A DNA stretch of 64,000 nucleotides from Mobula hypostoma (Eukaryota). Where the stretch lies: NCBI RefSeq assembly GCF_963921235.1, contig NC_086097.1:166100001-166164000 (forward strand), given 5' to 3'. Under the pieces are notes generated by a model. It was not told where the DNA came from. It was given only the letters and a program-made list of their open reading frames with translations, and did not search any database. Within the stretch, counting starts at the first letter, position 1, and every line of letters begins with the position of its first letter. The position numbers and the translations under genes are program-made. Shown one piece after another: positions 25,995 to 38,211 of the stretch.

Positions 25995-28370
25995 AGCTTA
26001 CCCTGGGATTTTAACCAGGCCAACTTCAAGAGCGTGCTACCAAAAAATTATCAGCATGTCTCCTGTCCCACCAAATACCTTTGACCATTGCTACACACCG
26101 ACTAAAGATGCCTATTGATCCATCCCCTGCCAGCACTTTGGTAAATCAGACCATCAAGGCCCCTTCCACCTCCTTCTAAACAGAAACTAAAATGGGAGGA
26201 TCCACTACAGAGTTGAACTTCATCACCAAGTCCATTGAAGACTGTACCAAAGACGTCAATCTACACTGGGCTGGTCGGGGGTGGGGGGCGGTGGGGGAAG
26301 TGGGGTTGATATCAAAGATCAAAGCGAAGGTTGTTTGGAAGTCCAAAAGTTGTAGCCCAGTGGCTGAAATCTGAAGGTCTGCGTGTGTGTGGGTGGGAAA
26401 GAGCTATTGTGTTTTGTGTTGTTGCTTGCTGTGCTCTGTGTTGTTCTGCTGAGCATTGTGGCATGTTACACTGACATTGGAACATGTGGTGACACTTGTG
26501 GGCTTCCCCCAGCACATCCTTGGGTGTTTTTGTTGTTAATACAAATGACACATGATCCCCAGCCAGATGCTATTGATTAAACAAGAGGTCCACTCACTAC
26601 TAAAGTTCGGGTCAGCAGCATTCAATTTGAGTGACCCTGACCTACACAGGTGGTCGAAGTATGACCTTCGTAAAGTTATCAAGGATGCAAAGGGACAATA
26701 CCAAACCACAATAGGGTCCCAGATTAGCTGTTCGTTATGGCAGGGCTTACTTGCTATAATAGGCTACAGAGTGAAGCCCAGCGGTATGTGCAACAATAAC
26801 ACGTCCCTTCCCAGTGAAGTTAGTGTATTCTATGCACGATTTGAACAAAAAGGCAATGAAATGACGCCACCTACCATGATAGCCTCCAATGTACCTCTGC
26901 CCCCAGTTACGGTTACAGACATTATATCAACTTCCCTGAGAGCAAACTCGTGAAATGCGTCTTGCCTATATAGAGTCTGGCTCATGTTCTCAGATCCTGT
27001 ATGGATCATCTGGTAAGAATATTTGCAGATATTTTTAGGTTAGAACTTTAGGAAGAACACTACCATCCTGGTACATAAGAAAAACAAAATAATGTGCCTT
27101 AATGACTACCACCCAGTGCCTCTGACATCTATGACCATGAAGCGCTTCAAGAAGCTGGTCATTATCTCTAACCTCTGAGATCAATCATCACTAATTTGCT
27201 TACTGCTAAAACAGTTCCAGGGTCACTGACCCTAAGTTATCTCTGGATCATCTGGATAGCAAAATCACTTATGTCAGACTCCTATTTACCAACTAGCTTT
27301 AGCTTTACCTTGAATGCCATAATTCAAAACAAACTCGTCTCAAAACTCCTTGACCTGGGACTCAGCACTTCTCTTTACAACTGGATCCTTGTCGTCCTGA
27401 CCAACAGACAATAGTCAGTTAGGATAGACTGCAATATATCTACTATGATAATTCTCAACACTGGTGCCCGACAGATTGGGCTCTTAGCCCACTACTTTAC
27501 TCCCTATACACTCACAAATGCATTGCCAGATTCTGTTTAAACCTCATCTACAAGTTTGCAGATGACGCTACTGTAGGGGGCCGATCTCAAACAATGGAGT
27601 ACAGGAAGGAGATAGTGAGCCTAGTAACATGGTTTCAAGATAACAATCTTTCCCTCAAAGTAAAAGAGCTAGCCTTTGACTTCAGGATGTGAGATGGAGT
27701 ACATGCCCCTGTATATATCAATGGTGCTAAAATTGAGATAGTTGAGAGCTTCAAGATCTTACGTGTAAATATCATCAATCGCTTGTCCTTATCCAACCAT
27801 GTAGATGCTATGGCCAAGAAAACACATCAGTGCCTCTACTTCTCCAGAAGGCTTACGAAATTTGGCATGTCCCTGTTGATCATCATCAGTTTTACAGATA
27901 CATCTTAAAGAACAACCTATCCCTATGCATTGCAGTGTAGTACGGCCATTTCTCTGTTCATCACCACAAGAAATTGAACAGAGTTGTGGACACCACTCAG
28001 TTCATCAAGAAAACCAGCCTCCCCTCCTATGAACCCTCTCACCTGGATCCACTTATCACCTGCCAACTCTTGGTCCACCGTTGCCCTTTCTGTACTGGCT
28101 ATCTCTCTTTCTTTCAGTCCAGATGAAGGGTCTTGACCTGAAACATCAACTATCTGTTTCCCTCCTTAGATGTTGCATGACCTGCTGAGTTCCTCCAGCA
28201 CTTTTTGTGTTCTAGATTCCAGCATCTGCAGTCTCTTGTGTCGCCCCTCCACTGACCTTGTTTACTCTTCCCACTGCCTTGGGAGAACACCCAACCTAAT
28301 CAAAGACCACTCCCATTCTGGTCACTCTCTCTTCTCTCCCTTCCATTGGACAGAAGACAGAAAATAGAAA
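25995..28370 (+). mobile_element. Rex1/Babar LINE, decayed, with nested insertions (~26210-26550 and ~28030-28240)
   Basis: GDFNQANF-like endonuclease end. ORF 26552-26953 (YDLRKVIKDAK..LWQGL..FYARFEQ). RT pieces NAIIQNKLVSKLLDLGLSTSLYNWIL and YKFADD (~27549-27566). Confidence 0.85.
28030..28240 (+). mobile_element. Penelope pseudo-LTR fragment with a hammerhead-like motif (28116-28151)
   Basis: AGTC-CAGATGA-AGGGTCTTGACCT-GAAAC-ATC-AACT (one core substitution), followed by GACCTGCTGAGTTCCTCCAGC...TCCAGCATCTGCAG. Confidence 0.75.
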
Positions 28371-29074
28371 AGCTAATATATAATTTTGTAGTGGCATAGA
28401 GTACTGCACATCTCCTTTTGGATTACATTAACAAATAGCCAGGCCCAGAGCCTGGGGGTGGGGGGTGAAATACCAGCAGGAATATTATCATTTACATATG
28501 TTTCTGTTTTAATGTAATATGTTTAAGTCAACAATTCTCCAGTTATGTTAGTTTTTTTATTATACTTGTTGGCCAGTCTACCCACTTTAAAGTAAACTAC
28601 TGCATGATTAGATGGTCTAACAGTTATATTTTTGTAACTGCTCCAACCACTGAGTTTCTAGTATTAAACCTTGTTCTTACTGTTGTTTTTACAGAGAAGC
28701 TTTCTGAAAAGAGGTAGAGTGTGGGATGCCTGGTGCCCTTCAATGTGTCTTTTATAAGTGGCTTATGATGTACTTTCACAGAGATAAAGGTGGATTACTG
28801 TCCTTTTCAAAAAGAGGAACACTTATAGCAAAGTTTTTTTTCAATAATATTGTCTGACTTTGATGTGGAGTAGAATGTTACTGTGACCTTATCTTTCATT
28901 AAAAGTAAAGTTTTTGCAATGTTTCTAGAAATTAAATCCAATGAAGTAATAATTTTGACAATAACACACCAGTTTTGTACAATATTAATACATTTAGGAG
29001 AAGTCCTTTCTTATGTTTTGTTTTTAAGACAGGCGTTAAGCTGCTTCTATAAAAAATGGGTTGAGTCTCCCATC

Positions 29075-29575
29075 AATAAGGGATGCTGTTGCAGGAAGGC
29101 AACGTCCATCATCAGGGTCTCCCGACACCCAGATCATGTCTCTTCTCACTGCTGCCATCATGTAAAAGGTACAAGAGCCTCAGGACTCACACCATCAGGT
29201 TGAGGAACAGGAGCCTCTCAGCCATCAGGCTCTTAAACCTGATTAAGAGGATAACTTCATTCAACTTCACTCATCCCGTCACTGAACTGTTCCCACAACC
29301 TATGGACTCACTTTCAGGGACTCTTCATCTCATCTTCTCGATATTTATTGCTTATTTATTTATTACTATTATTATTTCTTTTTCTTTTATATTATTTGTA
29401 AAGCTTATTGCCTTTTGCACATTGGTTGCTTGTCCACCGTGTTGGGTACAGTCTTCCATTGATTCTACTATAGATAGATAAATTATAGTTCTTGTATTTA
29501 CTGAGTATGCCCACAAGAAGATGAATCTCAGGGTTGTATATATCATTTGATAATACATTTACTTTGACCTTTGAA
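29075..29575 (+). mobile_element. Rex1/Babar LINE 3' end
   Basis: CCRKATSIIR...FSLLPSCKRYKSLRTHTIRLRN and a 3' UTR ending AATCTCAGGGTTGTATAT...TTTACTTTGACCTTTGA. Confidence 0.8.
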
Positions 29576-30629
29576 ACTTGCAGTAATTTGAGGAAGGAAA
29601 TCAGTGCTAAATCCAGTGATCCTTACAATATTCGGCATTCTACAAAACTTATTCTCAGTTGAGATGCCTGCAAGATCTAACTTACTGAACATCCCCAGTT
29701 GTGGCAAGTTAGTAGTAGTAGTAGACCATCAAGGAGATGATGGCTGCAGTCTTTAGGAAGATGGTGTTAATTCTGGAGATAAAAGCTTTTTCCTAGTAAG
29801 GGTAAAGGAATGCAACATACTGTTAGAGCTCAGTTGCTAGACATATGCCTGTTAAGCTAATGTCTGTCCAGGGGCTGGCCTGGGTTCTCACTTGAAACTA
29901 CCCCAATGTAAGCCTGTGTTCTCCTCCTCAAATCCACCAGTGTTGATCATTGTCGACCTGCTGTTAACCTGTGTGCTGACTCAGCACTGCCTTGATAGGA
30001 AGTTGATGCCCATGCACTTGCTCCTGAAGGTTGCCTCAAAAACAAACACAACGATGTGACTAGCAGGACCAGAGATTGCTGACATTAGTTATCTTTCCAG
30101 TGATGAAAATATTGATCAATTAATTTTATTACCGCCATATCTGATGCCATTCTTCTAGACTTAAAGAGAGCCTGTTGTAATACCACAGACTGCAAATGGA
30201 CATTAAGAGAAAAGCGTCAAAATAAAACGATTGACTGCAGTTTTAATTCTTTTCTTACTCTTAGCATCTTTGCTGCCAACTTGCCTTTCTTTCATCTTCT
30301 CCTATGCTTGGGATACTCCTAATGTGCTGTGTCATCATCGGAGGCCAGTTTGTTAATGTATTTTCATTTCCAGAGTATTCGTTGCCTCCATAATCCACTT
30401 AACTGTCTTTAATGAATTATTTGATTAGTCAATAAAAATAGGCATTGATGGTAAATTGGTAAATTAGTTTATGCAGTATGTTTTAGCCACTTTGAAGTTA
30501 GAACTCAATTAACACATTTTTTCAGATTACATTTTAGAAACATAGAAAACCCACAGCACGATACAGACCCTTCGGCCTGCAATGCCGTATTGAACATGTC
30601 CTTACCTTCGAAATTACTTAGCCCTCTAT

Positions 30630-33272
30630 AGTCCTCTATTTTTCTAAGCTCCATGTGCTTATCCAGGAGTCTCTTAAAAGACCCTATCATATCCGCCTCC
30701 ACCACCGTCACCGGCAGCCTGTTCCACAAACTCACCAGTTTCTGCGTGAAAAACATACCCCTGACATTTCCTCTGTACCTACTTCCAAGCACCTTAAAAC
30801 GGTGCCCTCTCAGGCTTGCCATTTCAGCCCTGGGGAAAAGTCCACACTATCCAAACAACCAATGCGTCTCATCATCTTATGCACCTCTATCAGGTCACCT
30901 CTCATCCTCTGTCGCTCCAAGGAGAAAAGGCCAAGTTCACTCAACCTATTCTCATAAGGCATACTCCCCAATCCAGTCAACGTCCTTGTAAATCTCCTCT
31001 GCACCCTTTCTATGGCTTCCACATCCTTCCTGTAGTGAGGTGACTAGAACTGAGCACGGTACTCTAAGTGGGGTCTGACCAGGGTCCTATATAGCTGCAA
31101 CAATACCTCTCAGCTCCTAAACTCAATCCTATGATTGATGAAGGCCAATACACTACGCTTTCTTAACCACAGAATCAACCTGCGCAGCAGCTTTGAGTGT
31201 TCTATGAACTCGGACCCCAAGATCCCTCTGATCCTCCACACTGCTAAGAGCCATCATATTTGACCTACCAAAATGCACCACCTCATATTTATCTGGGTTA
31301 AACTCCATTTGCCACTTCTCAGCCCTGTTTTGCATCCTATCAATGTCCCGCTGTAACCTCTGACAGCCCTCTACACTATCCACAACATCCCCAATCTTTG
31401 AGTCACCAGCAAACTTACTAACCCATCCCTCCACTTCCTCATCCAGGTCATTTATAAAAATCACGAAGAGTACGGGTCCCAGAACAGATCCTGAGGCACA
31501 CCACTGGTCACCGCCCTCCATGCAGAATATGACCCGTCCACAAGCACTCTTTACCTTCTGTGGGCAAGCCATTTCTGGATCCACAAAGCAATGTCCCCTT
31601 GGATCCCATGCCTCCTTACTTTCTCAATAAGCCTTGCATGGGGTACCTTGTCAAATGCCTTGCTGAAATCCATATACACGACATCTACTGCTCTGCCATC
31701 ATCAATGTGTTTAGTCACATTGTCAAAAAATTCAATCAGGCTCATAAGGCACAACCTGCCTTTGACAAAGCCATGCTGACTATTCCTAATCTTATTATGC
31801 CTGTCCAAGTGTTCATAAATCCTACCTCTCAGGATCTTCTCCATCAACTTTCCACCCACTGAAGTAAGACTCACTGGCCTATAATTTCCTGGGCTATCTC
31901 TACTCTCTTTCTTGAATAAGGGAACAACATCTGCAACCCTCCAATCCTCCGAAACCTCTCCTATCCCCAATGATGATGCAAAGATCATTGCCAGAGGCTG
32001 AGTAATCTCCTCCCTCGCCTCCCACAGTAGCCTGGGGTGCATCATGTCTGGCCCCAGTAACCTATCCAACTTGATGATTTCCAAATGCTCCAGCACATCC
32101 TCTTCCTTAATATCTACATGCTCAAGCTCTTCAGTCTGCTGTAAGTCATCCCTACAATCATCACTATCCTTTTCCGTAGTGAATACTGAAGCAAAGTATT
32201 CATTAATTACCTCTGCTATCTCCTCCAGTTCCATACACACTTTTCCACTGTCACACTTGATTGGTCCTATTCTCTCACGTCTTATCCTCTTGCTCTTCAC
32301 ATACTTGTAGAATGCCTTGGGGTTTTCCTTAATCATGTCCGCCAAGGCCTTCTCATGGCCCCTTCTGGCTCTCCTAATTTCATTCTTAAGCTCCTTCCTG
32401 CTAGTCTTATAATCTTCTAGATCCCTATCATTACCCAGTTTTTTGAACCTTTTGTAAGCTCCTCTTTTCTTTTTGACTATATTTACAATAGCCTTTGTAC
32501 ACTATGGATCCTGTACCCTACTGTCCTTTCCCTGTCTCGTTGGAATGTACCTATGCAGAACTCCACGCAAATACCCCTTGAACATTTGCCAAATTTCTTC
32601 CCTGCATTTCCCTGAGAACATCTGTTCCCAATTTATACTTCCAACTTCCTGCCCGATAGCCTCATATTTCCCCTTACTCCAATTAAACACTTTCCTAACT
32701 TGTCTGTTCCTATCCCTCTGCAATGCTATGGTAAAGGAGATAGAGTTGTGATCACTATCTCCAAAATGCTGTTCCACTAAGAGATATGACACCGGAACAG
32801 ATTCATTTCCCAATACCAGATCAAGTACAGCCTCTCCTCTTGTAGACTTATCTACATATTGTGTCAAGAAACCTTCCTGAACACATCTAACAAACTCCAC
32901 CCCATCTAAACCCCTCGCTCTAGGTACATACTGGTTGATATTTGGGAAATTAAAATCCCCCACCAGGACAACCCTGTTATTATTACACCTTTCCAGAATC
33001 TGTCTCCCCATCTGCTCTTCAATGTCCCTGTTACTATTGAGTGGTCTATAAACAACACCCAGTAGAGTTATCGACCCCTTCCTGTTCCTAACTTCCAACC
33101 ACAGAGTCTCCGTAGACAATCCTTCCATGACTTTCTCCTTTTCTGCAGCCCTGACACTATCTCTGATCAACAATGCCACGCCTCCACCTCTTTTGCCTCC
33201 TTCCCTGTCCTTTCTGAAACATCTAAAGCCTGGCACTCGCAGTAACCATTCCTGCTTCAAGTACTGATCCAC
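30630..33272 (-). pseudogene. CR1 ORF2p: APE endonuclease plus reverse transcriptase
   Basis: Endonuclease GGGVALLIR, GVVYRP, VGDFNFP, LDLVL, SDHNSI (32502-33272). RT NYRPVSLTSV, QHGFVKGR, DFSKAFDKVPH, GSVLGP..F.IFINDL, SKFAGD (31153-32345). Confidence 0.92.
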
Positions 33273-33458
33273 ACTCTGAGCTCATCCGCTTTGTTCATAA
33301 TACTCCTTGCATTAAAATAGACACACCTCGAGCCTGAGTTTGTTCCTTCTCGATCACCTGCCTATCCTCCTTCTCACATTATCTTCAAGCTTTCTCTATC
33401 TGTGAGCCAACTGCCTCTTCCTCCGTCTCTTCAGTTTGGTTCCCACCCCCCAGCAATC

Positions 33459-34345
33459 CTAGTGTAAACTCTCCCCAGTAGCCTTAGCAAACCACCCTAC
33501 CAGGATATTGGTCCCCCTGGGATTCAGGTGCAACCCGTCCTTTTTGTACAGTTCACACCTTCCCCAAAAGAGGTCCCAATTATCCAGAAATCTGAATCCC
33601 TGCCCCCTGCTCCAATCCCTCAGCCACACATTTATCTTCCACCTCACTCTATTCCTATACTCACTGTCAGGTGGCACAGGCAGTAATCCCGAGACTACTA
33701 CCTTTGTGGTCTGCTTCTCAACTTCCTTCCTAACTCCCTATAGTCTAATTTCATGACCTCCACCCTTTTCCCACCTATGTTGTTGGTACCAATATGTATC
33801 ACGACCTCTGGCTGTTCTCCTTCCCACTTCAGGATATCATGGACACAATCAGAAACATCCAGGATCCTGGCACTCGGGAGGCAAACTACCATCCGTGTTT
33901 CTTTCCTGCGTCCACAGGATCGCCTGTCTGACCACCTAAATATAGAGTCCCCTATCACTGCTGCCATCTTCTTCCTTTCCCTACCCTTCTGAGCCACAGG
34001 GCCAGACTCTCTGCCAGAGGCGCGGCCACTGTTGCTTTCCCGATGTCGGCCATCCCCCCCCCCCCCCCAACAGTACTCAAACAGGAGTACTTATTGTTAA
34101 GGTGACAGCCACAGGGTACTCTCTAGCATTTGACTTCTGCCTTTCCCTCTCCTGACTGTTACCCACTTATCTGTCTCCCCAGGCCCCGGTGTGACTACCT
34201 CCCTATAACTCCTCTCTGTCACCTCCTCACTCTCCCTGACCAGACGAAGGTCATTGAGCTGCATCTCCCTAAAGCGGTCCCTAAGGCGCTGCAGCTCAAC
34301 ACACCTGGCGCAGGTGTAGCTGTCCGGGAGGCTGACACCGAGCAC
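33459..34345 (-). pseudogene. CR1 ORF1p: Cys/coiled-coil N-terminus plus SGNH (GDSL-like) esterase domain
   Basis: YTCARCVELQRLRDR, VIGDSIFR (block I), VVIHIGTNNIG (block III) and KDGLHLNPRG (block V), split by frameshifts. Confidence 0.85.
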
Positions 34346-34871
34346 AAAACACCAGCCTCACATACATTCTTCCTGTCTGTATTCTACTCAGGCAACCTAC
34401 CCGGACTCGACTCGTTGTTGCCGAAGCCCCGTTGAGCCAAAGCCTTCCTACTCTGTCTGCTTCTACAGGGACATAACTGTCCTTATTTTAATTTAGAACA
34501 AAGCAGCAACGTCCATTGAATGTGTCAAATTACTTGACTATTTTTCAAAATTTTTTAATGGGGCATCGATATTAATGACAACATTTACCGATTGTATTCA
34601 AACTGAGGATGCAATTAAGAGTCATTGTATTGGGGGCTTTAGATCCAAAGTGGTGGAGGGATGGTGGAAATAGTCCAGCACAGAGTCCTAGAGAAGATCT
34701 GTTTTGGACAGATGGTGATGGTTGGTCTGAACCTCAGAGACTGGGCTAAAGCATCAGGGAGCTGGTGTGTTTGTTACCACTGTGGTATTGTGAAGGGAGA
34801 AGGAGACAGTGGATTGGGATTGAGGGAAGGGGGCGAGGGTAGCCCATGACATAGCCCATAGAAAATCATAA

Positions 34872-35465
34872 ATATAAGACATTCTGCAGATGCTGGAAAT
34901 CCAGAATGACACATGCAAAATGCTGAAGGAACTCAGCAGGTTAGGCAGCATCTATGGAAATGAATCAACATGGACATTTCGGGCTGAGCCATCAGAACTA
35001 GAATGGAAAGGAGAAAATTCCAGAATAAGAAGGTGGGGGGAGGGGAAGGAGGGCAACTAGAAGGTGATAAGTGACGCCAAGTGGGTGGGGAGGGGGGATG
35101 AAGTAAGAAGCTGAGACATGATAATTGGGAAAGACAAAAGCCTGGAGTAGAAGGAATTTTGACAGGAGAGGAGAATAGACCATGAGAGAAAGGGACGATG
35201 GAGGTGCTGCAGGGGGAGGTGATAGGCAGGTGAATGGAAAAGATAAAAGGCCAGAGTGGGGAATAGAGGAAGAGAGAAGGGGGAGTGGAAAAATTACCCG
35301 AATGAGAGACTGACATTCATGGTATCAGGTTGGAGGTTACCGAGACAGAATATGAGGTTTTGCTCCTCCCACCTGAGAGTGGTCTCATCGTGGCCATGGA
35401 CTGATGTGTCAGAATGGGAATGCAGATAGGAATTAAAATGACTGACCAACAAGAAATTCTGCTTT
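34872..35465 (-). mobile_element. Penelope-like element 3' fragment (GIY-YIG C-terminus plus pLTR)
   Basis: HFNSYLHSHSDTSVHG...LRWEEQNLIFCLGNLQPDTMN (35294-35497) and a reverse pLTR with degenerate hammerhead (~34968-35000). Confidence 0.85.
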
Positions 35466-36934
35466 TTAAATTCAATTCCTAAGGCATACATTGACATCTG
35501 TATAGATTACAGAGGGAGTTCAGAGCAAGGTGGATTTCAAAACAATTTAATAATGAAAACTCTCAAATTTAACAAAAATATGCCTTGGGCTCCAGCCATT
35601 GTGATCTATCTCTCATTAGATGAATTGAATAAGTTCTTCACCAATGTTTATTCATCGCAATATAGTAGATTGTCAATTAATGAGGTCATAGAATCATAGA
35701 ATGATGCAACGCGGAATCAGGCCATTCAGCCCAATTTGTTCATGCCAGCTAAAATATTTATTGCAGCTGGTCCAATAGGCTTGTGTTTGGTTCATATCCA
35801 ACTAAACCCCTCCTATTCTCATGGTTTTATACACCTCTACAATATCACCCACCAACTTCTTAAATTCCTTTTGTCAGAATAAAGAACAAAGTTTTAGCCT
35901 CCGCAACCTCTCCCTATAACCCCTAGTATGAGAAGATGGACTTTTGATCTCACAACCTACCTCATCATGCCTTTGCACCTTATTGTCTGCCTGCATTGCA
36001 CTTTCTCTGTAAGTGTAACACCCCTTACATACTAATGTGATGAAATGATGACTGGATGGCATGCAAAAAAAAAATCACTAAAACTGAGTGCAGATATGAA
36101 ATCATAAACATATTTGCCAAATTTAATTCTGGTTCCTGAATTTTGGCAGTATTCTTGCAAATCGCCTTATCACCCCTTCCAGTTTCATGATGTCTTTCTT
36201 ATAACAATATGATGAGTGAAAATGAATTGAAACACAGATTGATATCTTACTTTTATGGAGTTATTGCATTTTAAGTATTATTTTAACAAAAGGAATAGAA
36301 ATAACTCATGTTAGTCAGATTCAAAATCCTATTGCCTCAAATAAGTTTGATAAAACACACCGTAAGTAGTGTATTGTAGCGTCTATAAAGGGTAGGAGGA
36401 TCAGAAGGGTTGATAAGTTTGTTACAGAAAATCATTTACAAAGAAATAAGTGGGAGAAGGAGATTACTGAGATGGCTCTGAGAGTTGACTTAGATTGAAT
36501 ATGCTGAAAGGCTTCCTCCTCTGCTACAACAAAACAATATGGAAACAATTGTCAGTGGTAGAGGTGGTGATGGGGATGTGTATAAAATCTTGAAACCTAT
36601 ACTCCTTCAGATATTTCAAATGGCCAGTTTTTGTTATTTCCATTCTATGTAGTTGAAGAGAACAGAATCATGAAATCTTGGAGAATTTGATCTTAAATTC
36701 AATTCCCAGTGTATACCAGATAATATTGTTTTACAACCACTGAATCACGATAGCTGGATTCAACCATTTAGCTTCTCCTTCAGTAGCACGGGATGACTGT
36801 TGAATGTTCAGAATTTGTAGCTTCATGAAGTAAAAACTCCTTCCAACGTAGAGCAATTCAGCATGAAGGGGTGTCTTTCAGCCTGTTAGGTACTGTACTT
36901 GCTGAGCATCATTCACCCTCTTACATTAATCCCA

Positions 36935-37146
36935 TTTTAAATCCATTTTATTCTCCCCACATTCCCATCAATTTCCCCTCAAATTCTGCAACTCGCCAAC
37001 AGCAAGAGGGTAACAGTTTTGCCAAGTAACTCACCAACCTGCCCATCTTTGGTACACAGGAAGAAACCGGGGCTCTCAGAGGAAGCCCTCATAGTAATGG
37101 AGTGATAGTACAAAATCCACACAGGGTCAGAGGTTCAGACCGAACC
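36935..37146 (-). mobile_element. V-SINE remnant
   Basis: CCATTTTATTCTCCCCACATTCCCATCAATT shared with 5395-5432; ATCTTTGG..AGGAAGAAACCGGGGCTCTCAGAGGAAGCCC resembles the reverse V-domain. Confidence 0.6.
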
Positions 37147-37148
37147 TA

Positions 37149-37695
37149 CACTCAGTGGCCACTTTATTAGGTACCTCCTGTACTTAATAAAGTAGCCAAT
37201 GAATGTATGTTCGTGGTCTTCTGCTGCTGTAGGCTATCCACTTCAAGGTTCAACATATTGTGCATTCAGAGATGATCTTCAACACACCACTGTTGCAAGG
37301 CATGGCTATTTGAGTTACTGTCGCCTTCCTGTCAGCTTGAACCACTTTCGCCATTCTCCTCTGTTCTTTCATTAACAAGGTGTTTTCACTCACCAAATTG
37401 CCATTCACTAGATGTTCTTTTTTCGTTTTCCACACCATTCTCTGTAAACTCTAGAGATTGTTGTGCATGAAAATCCCAGCAGATCAGCAGTTTCTGAGAT
37501 ACTCAAACCATGCTGTCTAGCACCAACAATGATTACACAGACACAGCCAAAGTCTCTTAGATCACATTTCTTCCCCAGTCTGATGCTTGGGCTGAACAAC
37601 AACTGAACCTCTTGACTATGGCTGCATGTTCTTACGCACTGAGTTGCTATTAGATAATTGGGTGATTGATATTTGTATTAACATGCAGATGTATA
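37149..37695 (-). mobile_element. Non-autonomous Tc1-like transposon with N-terminal transposase HTH remnant
   Basis: TA + CACTCAGTGGCCACTTTATTAGGTAC TIR. Peptides GKKCDLRDF...GARQHGLSISETADLLGFSCTTISRVYREW and QRRMAKVVQADRKATVTQI. Confidence 0.85.
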
Positions 37696-38211
37696 ATTTC
37701 AAAGTTCAAAGTTCCAAGTTCAAACTAAATTCGTTCAATTTAGATATGTCATCATATACAACCTCAAGATTCATTTTCTTGCGGGCATACTCAATACATC
37801 CAGAATAGAATAATAAACATAATAGAAACAATGAAAATCTACACCAGCTTGGGTGTTCAACCAGTGTGCAAAAGACAACAAACTGTGCAAATACAAAAGG
37901 AAAGAGAGTGAACTCTTACTCACCAGCCTCTGCGTGAAAACGTTTTTCATCAGGTCCCTTTTAAACCTTTCTCCTCTCACCCTAACCTATGCTCATAACT
38001 GTGATATGTCTACAGTTAAATGAATAAATACTGGTGGGTTGTGCAAGATTTGTGTCTGTGCAAATGAACCTCTAGTCTAAGGTGTTATACAAAAAGATAG
38101 CTATCTGCTAATGTGTTAGTGGAAAGCTTAGATCTTTCTTCTCAATAAAGATTGAACTTCAGAGGCTTCATCTGTCGATGATAAAAGATGTAACCAATAA
38201 AGAATCAATTT

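Larger units (their letters stand above)
30536..34460 (-). mobile_element. Near full-length CR1 (HER1-like) LINE, inactivated
   Basis: ORF1 and ORF2 remnants in the expected order and a CR1 tail (AGAAACATAGAAA on +). Multiple frameshifts. Confidence 0.95.

Noticed and set aside
28695..28713. Short plus-strand exon after TTGTTTTTACAG
   Set aside because: Weak donor (GTAGAG) and a length that does not preserve frame.
34054..34068. Poly-C tract (also poly-G at ~2845 and ~16733) as a regulatory or G-quadruplex element
   Set aside because: Homopolymer expansions inside decayed TEs with no independent support.
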